A DNA stretch of 64,000 bases, taken from the IMG/VR virus record IMGVR_UViG_3300010352_001405, positions 1 to 64,000 of that record. One strand, 5' to 3'. The notes beneath the pieces were generated by a model. It saw only the letters and a list, made by a program, of their open reading frames with translations. It did not search any database and had not been told where the DNA came from. The position numbers and the translations under genes were made by a program. How positions within the stretch are numbered: position 1 is the first letter of the stretch; the number at the start of each line of letters is the position of its first letter. The stretch comes from a virus (Duplodnaviria; Caudoviricetes). Of the stretch, positions 38,055 through 48,595 are shown in pieces.

Positions 38055-38339
38055 ATGGAAAAATCATTTGGTTCGTCTGGTAAATCGGGATGTATGATTC
38101 ATGCTGATTGGGGTGGATATGGATATGATATTGAATGTGATGAAAATTATCCGAATTTTTTAAAAGATATAATTACATTTAGAAATATATCATATAGAAA
38201 AGAATGGATGAATGCATTGGAACATAATGCTTACGGTGATAATGCAGAAGAAAGATATAATAGAGAATTGTTTTTCAATATATGTGAAAATTTTCCATTA
38301 ATCGGTCTAATGAAAAATAAAGATAAGAAAAATAATTAG
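38055..38339 (+). CDS. Hypothetical protein
   Basis: ORF track. Confidence 0.45.
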   Translation: MEKSFGSSGKSGCMIHADWGGYGYDIECDENYPNFLKDIITFRNISYRKEWMNALEHNAYGDNAEERYNRELFFNICENFPLIGLMKNKDKKNN

Positions 38340-38382
38340 TTAAATAATTTTTTAATATCATCTGATATAGAAACCTTGTATA

Positions 38383-40098
38383 TTATTTTTTATAAACATA
38401 TTTTAAACTACCAGAATCATATATCCGAAATATTTTTCTTTCTAACATTATTTCGTGTTCAGTTTTATTTGAGTCAAATCCTTCTCTAACCAATTTATCT
38501 TTTCTAAAATTAAATCTATATCTCCTTACGCCATCAACGATATAATAATAATTTGGTTGAGTATTAGAAACCAAATTAAAACCTAATTTTTCGTATAAAT
38601 TGCCGATAGACCAACTTCTATCAGCGTAGCTAATAACCTCATTTGGTTTGTAATTATTAATAAAATATTTAAATATGCGACTAGCACCACCAACTACGTT
38701 TGTACTTAATTTATTACAAAATCTCAACATTTCGTATGACCCTTCTGTTGTTCTTTGGCCCAATGCTTTTCTTTGAGAACCGAAAGTCATTAAAGAAACA
38801 AGTTCTTCTTTATAGAAAAGACCAATTTTTATTTTAGAACCTAAAAATCCTTGAATATGATTCTCTTCAAGGAAATCTTTAATTAATTTATTATCAGATA
38901 TTTCTCTTATTTCGCATTTTCTAGCAAACAATCTATTTGATTTTCCAAGTAGATTTAATATTCTAGATTTAATTATATCTCGTTTAAATAACCAATCGTC
39001 TTCGTATATTTGTATGAGTTTGATTCCTATTTTTTCACAAGATTCTGTTTTTTCTCTATGGTAATTATTTGGAATATTAAATTCACTATGCCAAAAAAGT
39101 CCATTAAATTCAAAGGCCAATTTTAAATCCGGTAAATATATGTCAATCTCTTTACCCACGATTTTTCTATTGTTTAATATAATATTATTATTATAATTTT
39201 TTTTTATAAATTCTTGTAATTGTAATTCATATCCGCTATTTGAGTAAGATGATATTGGATAACAAATAGTACATAATTTTGTTTTAAGTTTGATTCTATT
39301 TTTAAATGTATTATAGTCAATTTTATAAACATGTCCCTTATCACACATCAATTTCAATATTTTTTTAGAAATATCATATTCAATGATATCATAATTGTTA
39401 TATTTTTTTATAAAATTTAGTCTTCTAGTTTCAATATTTTTATTTAATATTTTTTTATTCTGCATTGGATTTTCATAACCATATCTATCCAAATTAGTTC
39501 GTTTTATTTTTTCTTTATTTTTTAATCCATTATCAAAACCATTTTTTTCTAAGTTGGTTTTTTTAATCTGTTCTTTCATTTCATAGTTTTGTATTGGATA
39601 TTCGACTCCGTATAATTCCATCATAGTCTTTTTTCCTTTATCGTAGAATTCTTTGTTTTGTAATACAGATTTATTACCATATTTTTTTAAATTGGTTTTT
39701 TCTTGTTTATCTTTATATTCCTGCAACTGAGAAGAATGTTCAACTCCATATCTTTCTAAATTAGTTTTCACTATTTTATCTTTAATAATTTGATTTTGTT
39801 GTGGATAAATAGATCCATATTTCTCTAAATTGGTTTTCTCCCACTTTTCTTTAGAACATTTTTGACAATAATACTTCTCAGCACAACCACTAGTAATTTT
39901 ATAATATGTTCTATACTCCATATTCTTCTCTTTTCCACATATATCACAAGAAGTTAATATCAAAACATGACTACCTTTCATTAATTGTTCTGGTCTTATA
40001 GATATAACGTCTTTTATTTTTAAATTATTATAAAATTTACTATACTCCTTAATATTCAACGAATTTATAACAACATTAACTCTTTCACTCAGTATCAT
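38383..40098 (-). CDS. Free-standing endonuclease-like protein: TNLERYG repeats, PD-(D/E)XK/Vsr-like domain, C-terminal GNAT-like domain
   Basis: EIDIYLPDLKLAFEFNGLFWHS, IYEDDW, FLEENHIQG, EMLRFC, SYADRSWS, IYDSG. Confidence 0.75.
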   Translation of the reverse strand: MILSERVNVVINSLNIKEYSKFYNNLKIKDVISIRPEQLMKGSHVLILTSCDICGKEKNMEYRTYYKITSGCAEKYYCQKCSKEKWEKTNLEKYGSIYPQQNQIIKDKIVKTNLERYGVEHSSQLQEYKDKQEKTNLKKYGNKSVLQNKEFYDKGKKTMMELYGVEYPIQNYEMKEQIKKTNLEKNGFDNGLKNKEKIKRTNLDRYGYENPMQNKKILNKNIETRRLNFIKKYNNYDIIEYDISKKILKLMCDKGHVYKIDYNTFKNRIKLKTKLCTICYPISSYSNSGYELQLQEFIKKNYNNNIILNNRKIVGKEIDIYLPDLKLAFEFNGLFWHSEFNIPNNYHREKTESCEKIGIKLIQIYEDDWLFKRDIIKSRILNLLGKSNRLFARKCEIREISDNKLIKDFLEENHIQGFLGSKIKIGLFYKEELVSLMTFGSQRKALGQRTTEGSYEMLRFCNKLSTNVVGGASRIFKYFINNYKPNEVISYADRSWSIGNLYEKLGFNLVSNTQPNYYYIVDGVRRYRFNFRKDKLVREGFDSNKTEHEIMLERKIFRIYDSGSLKYVYKK

Positions 40099-40180
40099 AC
40101 ATTAAAGAAATTGTTTTTCCTTTTATATATTATTCATTCGAAATAGTTTATTTTAATATATACAAATAAAAAGTCATTAA

Positions 40181-40882
40181 ATGAGAATATCATCACAAAA
40201 TAATCAATTTATTTTTCAACTACCGGTAGATTTCATTTCTCCTTATTTATATGAAAAGTTTCAAATATTTCTGGATAATAATAGAATGCCATATGATAAT
40301 GTTTTAGACTATATTAACTCGACAATTAAAGAATTAGTATTTCCAAGTGTTTCATATGAGAATGTTACTCAAAGATTATATGGTGGTAAAACCGTAGATT
40401 ATAAATCAGCGAAAAATATATTTGATACTTTTCAACACGATTTAGATATAACTTTTAAGAGCGTGGATTCGCACACAAATTTTTTCATGATGCAAGAAAT
40501 ATTAGATGAATTTTATTTGAATACTCGAAAACCATACGTACCATATTTCACATTATCGATTCTGGATAAAAATGGTGATCTTATTTATACTGTTATTTTT
40601 AAAAATATTTTATTGAAATCACAAGGTGAAATTAGATTACAATATCAGAAACAGGATTTCGGGGAGAACACATTTAGTTTGACATTTTCATATAACTTTT
40701 TAGACATCCTTTGGGAAATTAGAAATCTTCCAACAGATTCACCGATTAGTGTTTTTGATCTCCCATTGGGGAATGGATACTGGGAAAAAAGAGATCGCGG
40801 TGAGAAGGATATTAGAGATAATCCTTTAAATAAAGAAAGAAGAACACCGAAAATATATCCTGACGAAATGTCGGAATATTAA
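40181..40882 (+). CDS. Putative virion structural protein (tail tube/terminator-like)
   Basis: TAATATATA upstream; beta-rich pattern ending FSLTFSYN; fold is a guess only. Confidence 0.35.
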   Translation: MRISSQNNQFIFQLPVDFISPYLYEKFQIFLDNNRMPYDNVLDYINSTIKELVFPSVSYENVTQRLYGGKTVDYKSAKNIFDTFQHDLDITFKSVDSHTNFFMMQEILDEFYLNTRKPYVPYFTLSILDKNGDLIYTVIFKNILLKSQGEIRLQYQKQDFGENTFSLTFSYNFLDILWEIRNLPTDSPISVFDLPLGNGYWEKRDRGEKDIRDNPLNKERRTPKIYPDEMSEY

Positions 40883-40938
40883 TTTTTTTTAAACTTATAA
40901 TTTTTTTATAAATATAACCTCTATCAAACTAAAAAAAT

Positions 40939-42108
40939 ATGATAGACAATAACACTATTGAAGCTGAAGTCGAAGTACCATTCGACGTATTATTTGAAAA
41001 ACTAAAAAACGAAAACAAAGTTTTCAAATTAAAAAACAAAAATTTTAAATCTTCCTTAAACGAAGACTATTTAAAATTCATCGACAAATTAGAATCATCT
41101 AATAATAAATTTAAAGAGATCGAAGAAGGTGAAGTAGTCAACGGTAAAATTATTAAAATTGATGATAGAGAATTAATCATTGATATCAATTTTAAAGATA
41201 ATGTATACGTGGAAACACGTTCTATTGACCAAAGCGTTTTAGAAAATCTAAACGTGGGTGATAATTTAGAAGTTCTAATAGTAAAAGTTAGCGATGACCC
41301 ATATTTTATACGTGGTTCAATAACCGAATTACTTAGAATGAATATATCAAATGTAGTTAAGGAACATTATAATGAAAATAATTTCTTGATGGCTAACGTT
41401 TTGGAATCTCAACCGGCTGGATATATATTAGATCTAGAAGTGGATGGACAAATCGCCGATGCTTTTATGCCAAATACTCTAGCTGGTGTAAATAAACTTC
41501 ATGATCCTAGTTTATTGGTGGGTAAGAAAATAGAGGTTATGATAGAAACGCTAGAACAAGACAAAGGTATTTATGTCGTAAGTCGTAAAAAATATTTAGA
41601 AACTTTGATTCCTGAAAGAGTTAAACAATTAAGAAAGGAATGGAACAAAGATAAAACTAAAATTTACGAAGGACATATAACTGGAACAACTCCTTTTGGT
41701 GCTTTTGTTGAATTCTGTGATTATTTAACTGGAATGATCCATAGATATAACGTGAATAAAGAATGGCAATCAGATGAGAAATGGACTAGTCTGAAACCTG
41801 GAATGTACGTCAATTTTTATATTAAAGATATTATTATCAAGAAAAATAAAGTCATTCTAACACAGATTCTAAGAGAATCTCTTTGGGATAATATTAAAAT
41901 AGACGATGTTATAAATGGTAAAGTTATAATGATTAAACCATTTGGTGCACTTATTCAATTAGATGATGAAACCAACGGATTAATTCAGAACACTTATCTT
42001 CAAAAAAATAAGATCGATTTAAAAGTCGGCCAAGATGTTGAAGTGAAAGTGACTAGTATAATGAAAGACGAAAGAAAAATAAATCTATCATTAATTGGAA
42101 TTATGTAA
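40939..42108 (+). CDS. rpsA: Ribosomal protein S1-like protein (about four S1 domains)
   Basis: EEGEVVNGKI, AFMP, VVSRKKYL, PFGAFVEF, PFGALIQL...GLI, ERKINLS. Confidence 0.8.
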   Translation: MIDNNTIEAEVEVPFDVLFEKLKNENKVFKLKNKNFKSSLNEDYLKFIDKLESSNNKFKEIEEGEVVNGKIIKIDDRELIIDINFKDNVYVETRSIDQSVLENLNVGDNLEVLIVKVSDDPYFIRGSITELLRMNISNVVKEHYNENNFLMANVLESQPAGYILDLEVDGQIADAFMPNTLAGVNKLHDPSLLVGKKIEVMIETLEQDKGIYVVSRKKYLETLIPERVKQLRKEWNKDKTKIYEGHITGTTPFGAFVEFCDYLTGMIHRYNVNKEWQSDEKWTSLKPGMYVNFYIKDIIIKKNKVILTQILRESLWDNIKIDDVINGKVIMIKPFGALIQLDDETNGLIQNTYLQKNKIDLKVGQDVEVKVTSIMKDERKINLSLIGIM

Positions 42109-42126
42109 TATTATATATTAATATAT

Positions 42127-42164
42127 AAAAAAATGATAGTTTTATAGACTATCATTTTTTTTAT
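42127..42164. terminator. Likely bidirectional terminator
   Basis: aaaaaatgatagt-tttatag-actatcatttttt. Confidence 0.7.
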
Positions 42165-42214
42165 AGAAATTAATTTGTTAATTTTGCGTGTCATAAAAAA
42201 TAAAATAATCTATA

Positions 42215-42703
42215 ATGAAAGATTTCAAACTATTCGGTGGGGAAGGAATAGATGATCTTGGAGAATATATAAAAGAATATTACGCTCAGTATCAAGATAT
42301 TGAAATATATGTTGGTACTGACTCGGCTCAGCATGGGAAAGTAACTAAGTATGCTACTGCTGTTTCATTATTGCGCCCAGGAAAAGGTGTACATGTTGTT
42401 TATCGTAGAATTACAATTAAACGAGAAAGAGATATGTTTACGCGTTTATGGAATGAAGTTGAAATGACAAGAGAAATTGGTGAATATGTACATGATGTAA
42501 TGAAAGATGTTTATGAAGTCAAAAATAAAAAAAATATAAAAATCCCTATTTTGCATCTAGATTTTAATAAACAACCGAAATATAAATCAAATGTTGTACA
42601 TGACTTATCAATTGGATATCTCAGAGGTTTCGGTTTTGATGTCAGCAGCAAAAACACGAGTTGGTGTGCTACTGTGGCAGCAGATCTTTTAGTTAAAAAT
42701 TGA
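42215..42703 (+). CDS. RNase H-like YkuK (DUF458) family protein
   Basis: IYVGTDS, RLWNEV, LHLD, ATVAAD. Confidence 0.8.
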   Translation: MKDFKLFGGEGIDDLGEYIKEYYAQYQDIEIYVGTDSAQHGKVTKYATAVSLLRPGKGVHVVYRRITIKRERDMFTRLWNEVEMTREIGEYVHDVMKDVYEVKNKKNIKIPILHLDFNKQPKYKSNVVHDLSIGYLRGFGFDVSSKNTSWCATVAADLLVKN

Positions 42704-42742
42704 TAATAAATATAAATTAATTAAACTTAAAAATATTAAAAA

Positions 42743-43058
42743 ATGAAGAAAATAATCTTATTAATGTTATTCACTATTGGTTTTTCAAGCTGTGATCAAT
42801 GGATAGGCGATGCAAAAATTAATAAAAAAATAGAAGATGTTACTGTCTATGAACTTGACGGGTGTGAGTGGCCAGAATGCGTGGGGTGGTCATAAAGGGA
42901 ATTGTAAAAATCCTATTCATAAACAGAAATCTGTAATGAAATTTTATAATTTGGATAGTAAATGTGATAGTGTAATATTTATTGATTCAATTATAAATGA
43001 TAGAAAAACAAAAAGAAATATTGTATATTATAATAATAACAAATTTATAATGCAGTGA
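42743..43058 (+). pseudogene. Frameshifted lipoprotein gene
   Basis: MKKIILLMLFTIGFSSC lipobox and YELDGCE in one frame; GHKGNCKNPIH in another. Confidence 0.55.
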
Positions 43059-43108
43059 AAAGAAGTATATATCAAAAATATTGAAATATTAAAAAAAAAT
43101 TATTAAAC

Positions 43109-43704
43109 ATGACAGATAACATTTTATCAAATGCTCTTAATTATATTAAAAATAATAATAAAGGAGATTCAAATAAATATCATAACAATAAACATATCTT
43201 ATTTGTATTCGAAAATAGCATGATGATTTTCGGTAAATATAGAAAAGAATATGATTTGAAAAAAAGGATGAAATAGAATTAGGACTGGCAGCCATTTTTC
43301 ATGATTTTAATCATTCTGGTGGAAAATTAAAAGATAATGAAAATATAAAAATATCTGTAAACGGTCTTAAAGATTTTTTAAATGAATACAATATAGATAA
43401 AGAAATAGACGAAGAAAAAGTTATCTCCATTCTTGAATCAACTGAGTTTCCTCATAAACAAATGGAACTTAGTATATTACAAAAAATAATCAAAGATGCT
43501 GATACTATGGGGGGAATATCCGATAATTGGTTTGAAATCGTTGTTTCTTTAGCTGCCGAGTTAAATATAAAATTAGCTGAATTCATTCCTATGCAAATTA
43601 AATTTTTGGATAATATTAAATTTAACACTCCTTATTGTAACGAATTATTGAATAAAAGAAGAGATACAATAAAGAAAAAACTTTTAGAAATATTATCTTT
43701 ATAG
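43109..43704 (+). pseudogene. HD-domain phosphohydrolase with a single frameshift in an A7 run at ~43259-43265
   Basis: YHNNKH in the first frame; AAIFHDFNHSG and IIKDAD in the frame of ORF 43462. Confidence 0.7.
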
Positions 43705-44294
43705 TAGTTATATATCATAATATCTTTGATTATAATGAACAGGAACAATGTTCCTTAGATTGGGAGGTGGTGTTTTTTTAAATTCACTACAATCTTTTTT
43801 CTCCCATTTACCTCTACCAGTTTCAGACATTATATACATTTTATCATCGCCCACATCTACAATTTCATATGATTTTCCTTTTTTAAAAACATGAGTTGGT
43901 GGGTAATATCCAACAGTATAATCAACTTGACAGATTAAATAATCACCAATTTTATAATCTTCATCCCATTCTTCTTCGTCATATGGATCTATATTTTTGT
44001 GTTTATTTTCAAATACTTTATATTCTCATATTTTCATTTTCCCAATTTTCTTCACCATATGGATCATCGGGTGTAAAAATTCTAATTGGATCTTTTTTTA
44101 TTTTTTGTAACCACATTCTATCATATATCATTTTAAAACCATTATCAAATTCAACTTCTACTGTATACCCCAAATGATACTTTTGAATATTTAAAATATA
44201 ATTCAGAATCAAAATAGCATAAATTAGTAACATCGTCTCCAACTTTAATTTTATTTCCGTTCATATCTAAACAAGAATCTACATTTTTTATCAT
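43700..44294 (-). pseudogene. Two frameshifted small genes carrying DPYGEENW and DPYDEEEW tags
   Basis: Tags at 44042-44065 and 43966-43989; reading frames broken. Confidence 0.5.
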
Positions 44295-44454
44295 ATTTTT
44301 ATATATTAAAAATTGAAAATCATTTTAAAGATATAATGGATTTAAAAACATCTTCATTTTTAGAAGATTAAAATTTAAAAACAACTTTTTTCTACTTTTT
44401 TATTAAATATAAACAAAATACTACGTTTATTATATATACAACAAAATTATATTA

Positions 44455-47400
44455 ATGGTTAAAAATAATTCAGATAAATATCAAAAACTTACACATAAAG
44501 AACATGTCTTATTAAGACCCAATATGTATGTTGGGTCAGTTGTGAATGAAACAAAATCACTTTTTGTCGTAGATGATCCAAAATATTTAAATTCTTTTAA
44601 AATTACTAATAAAACAGTTAGTTATAATGGTGGATTTTTAAAAATATTCGACGAAATACTTGTTAACGCATCAGATCATTCGATAAGAACTGATAAAGTA
44701 AAATATATCAAGGTCGATGTTACAAAAGATTCAATTTCTGTAGAAAATGATGGACCTGGAATACCCATAGAAATGCATAATAAAGAAAAATGTTATATTC
44801 CAGAATTAATTTTTGGGCATCTTTTAACAGGATCCAATTTTGATAAAAATGAAGATAAATATTGGGGTGGGTTGCATGGGTTAGGCGCCAAGTTAACTAA
44901 TATCTTTTCTAAAAAATTCATCATAGAAACGTGCGATGGAAAAAAACATTATACTCAAATTTTTGAGAACAATTTAAATAAGATAAATAAACCAAAAATA
45001 AAATCATCGAAGAAACAATATACAAAAATAACTTATTATCCCGATTTTACACGTTTTGATTTAGTTGGTATAGATGAAGATATTGAATCAATTTTCATAA
45101 AAAGATGTATTGATGTTTCTGTATATTGTAGCAAAGTTAAAGTATATTACAACGGAAACCTTATACCAACAAAAAGCTTCAAATCATATATGGAAATGTT
45201 CGTTAGTGACCAAGAGACATTTTACGAAAAAATAAATGATTTTTGGGAAATTGGTGTTAGTAAATCATTAGACAATTCGTTTGATCAAATATCTATGGTA
45301 AATGCTATTTCTACTTATAATGGCGGAACTCACGTTAATGCCATAACTAATCAGATAACAAAAAGGATACAAGAATCATTATTAAAAAAGAACAAAAAAT
45401 TAAACATTAAACAAAACGATATAAAAAATCGATTATTTGTTTTCGTTAATCTTAAAGTGGCTAATCCAGTATTTGATACGCAATCAAAAGAAAATCTTAT
45501 AAGTAAAATAAATGCTCCTGATGTATCAGATATTTTAATAAAAAAAATAACATCATCATCGATGATAGATGAACTTCTTAAATTTTTAATGATTAAAGAA
45601 GAACATGATACCAAAAAAGAAATAGGTAAACATAAAATAAAAATTAGTAAACTAGAGGACGCACGAAAGGCTGGTACATCTGAAAGCAAATCTTGTTTAA
45701 TTTTTATTTCAGAGGGGGACTCAGCTTCAAGTTCAGTTATGGCTGGTATTTCAGGATCAGACAATCCTGAATATTATGGAGTTTTTCCAATCCGTGGAAA
45801 AATTTTAAACGTAAGAGATGAAGATCTATCAAAAATAAGAAATAATGAAGAAGTAAAAAATATTATAAATATATTAGGATTAGAATATGGAAAACAATAT
45901 ACAGATACATCTAAATTAAGATACGGGAAAATTGTTTTAACTGCCGACGCCGATTGTGATGGGAACCATATCAGAGGACTTATAATAAATCTCTTTGACA
46001 CATATTGGCCCGAATTACTTAGAATGGACTTTATATATGATTTTATAACGCCGATAGTCAAAGCTACGAAAGGAAATAATATCAAATATTATTATAGTTT
46101 GAAAGATTATCAAAAAAATAAAGAAAATCTTTCAGGATATGAAATTAAATGGATAAAAGGTCTTGGGACAATAGAACCGCACGAAATGAAAAATTTTTTC
46201 AAAAACATAAATAAACATCTCATAAGATTTCATGATACACCAAAATCAGATACTAAAAACATGATAGATCTTGTTTTTAATAAAAAAAGATCAGATGATA
46301 GAAAAGAATGGTTAAAGAATTATAAACCAATAGAATACATCGATAAATTTACAACCAATCAAACATACGATAAATTCATTAATAACGAATTAATGGAATG
46401 GAGTATGGAAACATCTAATAGAATGATACCCAATATCATGGATGGCTTAAAACCAGGTCAAAGAAAAGTTATTTATACTATGTATAAAAAGAATATGAAA
46501 ACTGATATTAAGGTTAGTTCTTTATCTGGAGCCGTAATTCAAGAATCAGCTTACCACCATGGTAATGTATCAATCGAGGGGACTATAATTGGAATGGCAC
46601 AAGATTTTGTTGGTTCAAATAATTTGAACTTAATTCTTCCAAAAGGACAATTTGGTTCAAGATTAAAGGGGGGTAAAGATTCTGCTAGTGCCAGATATAT
46701 ATTTACTAAGCTTAATGATATAACTTCAAATATTTTGAAAAAAGAAGATAATGATATTTTAGAATATCAGAATGATGATGGATTTCCAATTGAACCAACT
46801 TACTATGTCCCTGTTATACCTATGATTCTTGTGAACGGAGGGTCTGGTATAGGTTCGGCTTATTCAACTGATATACCAAGTTTTAGTCCACTTGAAATAA
46901 TAACATATTTGCAGAATAAAATTAAAGGAAAAAAGAACATTGAATTAATACCATACTATAAAGAATTTAAGGGGACCATAGAATTAGATATTGAAAATAA
47001 AAGATATATAACAAGAGGTATTCTTAATAGGGTAAATGATATAACTTATGAGATAAAAGAATTACCACTTTGGATGTGGAATGATTCATACTATGAATTT
47101 TTAGATGATTTATCAGAAGATAAAAAAGAACCTAAGACTCAAAAGTTAATAAGAAAAGCTTACATAAGAGATTGGGTAAAGAGTGGTAATGATAAAGACA
47201 TCCATATTAAAATCTATTTCTATAAAGATGTACCTAAAGAGTTCTTTCATAATATTTGGAAGAATTTAAAAATGGAAAGTTATATATCTTTTAATAATAT
47301 GTATTTATGGGACGAGAATAAAAAAATTAAAAAGTATTCAAACCAATACGAAATAATAGATGATTTCTATAAAATAAGATTAGAATATTATACAAAAAGA

Positions 47401-47736
47401 AAAAATCATCAAATAGAAGAACTGAAAAAAGATATAAAAATTGTTCAAAATAGAATGAAATTTTTGAAAAACGTTATCGATGGCAATCTCATCATTTACA
47501 AAAAAACCAGAGATATAGTAGAGAAGGATTTAGATAAATTAGCTTTTGATAAAGTAGATAATTCATATGGATATTTGTTGAATATGTCTATTATGTCTTT
47601 CACTAAAGATAGATTACAAGAATTAAAAGAAGAACTTGATAATACTAAATTGAAATTAAAAGAATTGGTAGAAACGAGCGAAGAAACTATTTGGTTAAAA
47701 GAACTATCAGAGTTAAAATCTAAATTAAAATTTTAA
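44455..47736 (+). CDS. Single-polypeptide type IIA DNA topoisomerase (ATPase, TOPRIM and breakage-reunion domains fused)
   Basis: EHVLLRPNMYVGS, FDEILVNA, GLHGLGAKL, EGDSA, PIRGKILNV, DADCDG, DGLKPGQRK, YHHG, ASARYIFT. Confidence 0.95.
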   Translation: MVKNNSDKYQKLTHKEHVLLRPNMYVGSVVNETKSLFVVDDPKYLNSFKITNKTVSYNGGFLKIFDEILVNASDHSIRTDKVKYIKVDVTKDSISVENDGPGIPIEMHNKEKCYIPELIFGHLLTGSNFDKNEDKYWGGLHGLGAKLTNIFSKKFIIETCDGKKHYTQIFENNLNKINKPKIKSSKKQYTKITYYPDFTRFDLVGIDEDIESIFIKRCIDVSVYCSKVKVYYNGNLIPTKSFKSYMEMFVSDQETFYEKINDFWEIGVSKSLDNSFDQISMVNAISTYNGGTHVNAITNQITKRIQESLLKKNKKLNIKQNDIKNRLFVFVNLKVANPVFDTQSKENLISKINAPDVSDILIKKITSSSMIDELLKFLMIKEEHDTKKEIGKHKIKISKLEDARKAGTSESKSCLIFISEGDSASSSVMAGISGSDNPEYYGVFPIRGKILNVRDEDLSKIRNNEEVKNIINILGLEYGKQYTDTSKLRYGKIVLTADADCDGNHIRGLIINLFDTYWPELLRMDFIYDFITPIVKATKGNNIKYYYSLKDYQKNKENLSGYEIKWIKGLGTIEPHEMKNFFKNINKHLIRFHDTPKSDTKNMIDLVFNKKRSDDRKEWLKNYKPIEYIDKFTTNQTYDKFINNELMEWSMETSNRMIPNIMDGLKPGQRKVIYTMYKKNMKTDIKVSSLSGAVIQESAYHHGNVSIEGTIIGMAQDFVGSNNLNLILPKGQFGSRLKGGKDSASARYIFTKLNDITSNILKKEDNDILEYQNDDGFPIEPTYYVPVIPMILVNGGSGIGSAYSTDIPSFSPLEIITYLQNKIKGKKNIELIPYYKEFKGTIELDIENKRYITRGILNRVNDITYEIKELPLWMWNDSYYEFLDDLSEDKKEPKTQKLIRKAYIRDWVKSGNDKDIHIKIYFYKDVPKEFFHNIWKNLKMESYISFNNMYLWDENKKIKKYSNQYEIIDDFYKIRLEYYTKRKNHQIEELKKDIKIVQNRMKFLKNVIDGNLIIYKKTRDIVEKDLDKLAFDKVDNSYGYLLNMSIMSFTKDRLQELKEELDNTKLKLKELVETSEETIWLKELSELKSKLKF

Positions 47737-47853
47737 TATAATATTAAAATTTATTTTTTACCCATTCCCAAGCTTTTAGTAAATAAGGTTGAGCCATAAC
47801 TCCGCCAACCAATCCGATTAATAAACCTATTAAAAACCACATAATTTTAGTTA

Positions 47854-48543
47854 TTATTTTTTATCTTGTTTTTTTAATGGTAATGGAGGAAAAAACTTAA
47901 ATCTTCTATTTAGAAATCTTCTAAATTCATTTTCGACATAATAAGGTGGAACAATTGACAAATCATCTTGATATTGAATTTTTTTAACTATATAAAAACT
48001 AAAATCTATAATATGTTCTTTTCGAACCATATTAATGAGTCCTCTTTCTATTGCGAAAGAATTATAAAACCAATCATCTACTGTCAATCTTTCTATTTCT
48101 CCCTCTGTTAAATCCATTGTTTTATTTATTATATTCAATAAAAAACCATCATATTTTCCATTGTCCATTTTTAAAACTTGAATCATAATTTTATTTAATG
48201 CTCTAGTTGCTCCAAGAATTTGTGAAATTAACCAAATTGGAAAAAAAATCGGAGCAAAAGCAATTGGAACAATTCTCCATAGAAATTTTTGAATACCTTG
48301 TTTTAATTCTCTGGATTTTTTAAATTTCAATGCGTCTTGATGAAGAGATTTTAACATCCCGAATGTGAGTTTTCTTTGACCACTTGTTAAATATTTATAA
48401 AGATTTCCATTCATGGCTATCTCTTTTATTTTAAGATAATCTGGATCTTGTGGATCATCAGGTATATTTGAAAAAATATTAGTAAGATTAACACCAGCGT
48501 CTATATCTTGAAATTCTTCATATATATGTTTTAAATGTTCCAT
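47854..48543 (-). CDS. Hypothetical protein with hydrophobic segment and CTS-like start
   Basis: MEHLKHIYEE; upstream TAATATATA on the minus strand. Confidence 0.6.
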   Translation of the reverse strand: MEHLKHIYEEFQDIDAGVNLTNIFSNIPDDPQDPDYLKIKEIAMNGNLYKYLTSGQRKLTFGMLKSLHQDALKFKKSRELKQGIQKFLWRIVPIAFAPIFFPIWLISQILGATRALNKIMIQVLKMDNGKYDGFLLNIINKTMDLTEGEIERLTVDDWFYNSFAIERGLINMVRKEHIIDFSFYIVKKIQYQDDLSIVPPYYVENEFRRFLNRRFKFFPPLPLKKQDKK

Positions 48544-48595
48544 TCAAAAACTTTTATTGATTTGTTTTATATATTAAAATAAATTAATTAATTAT

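Noticed and set aside
45351-46085. Antisense ORFs within the topoisomerase (likewise within groEL and the ABC genes)
   Set aside because: Shadow ORFs of well-supported genes
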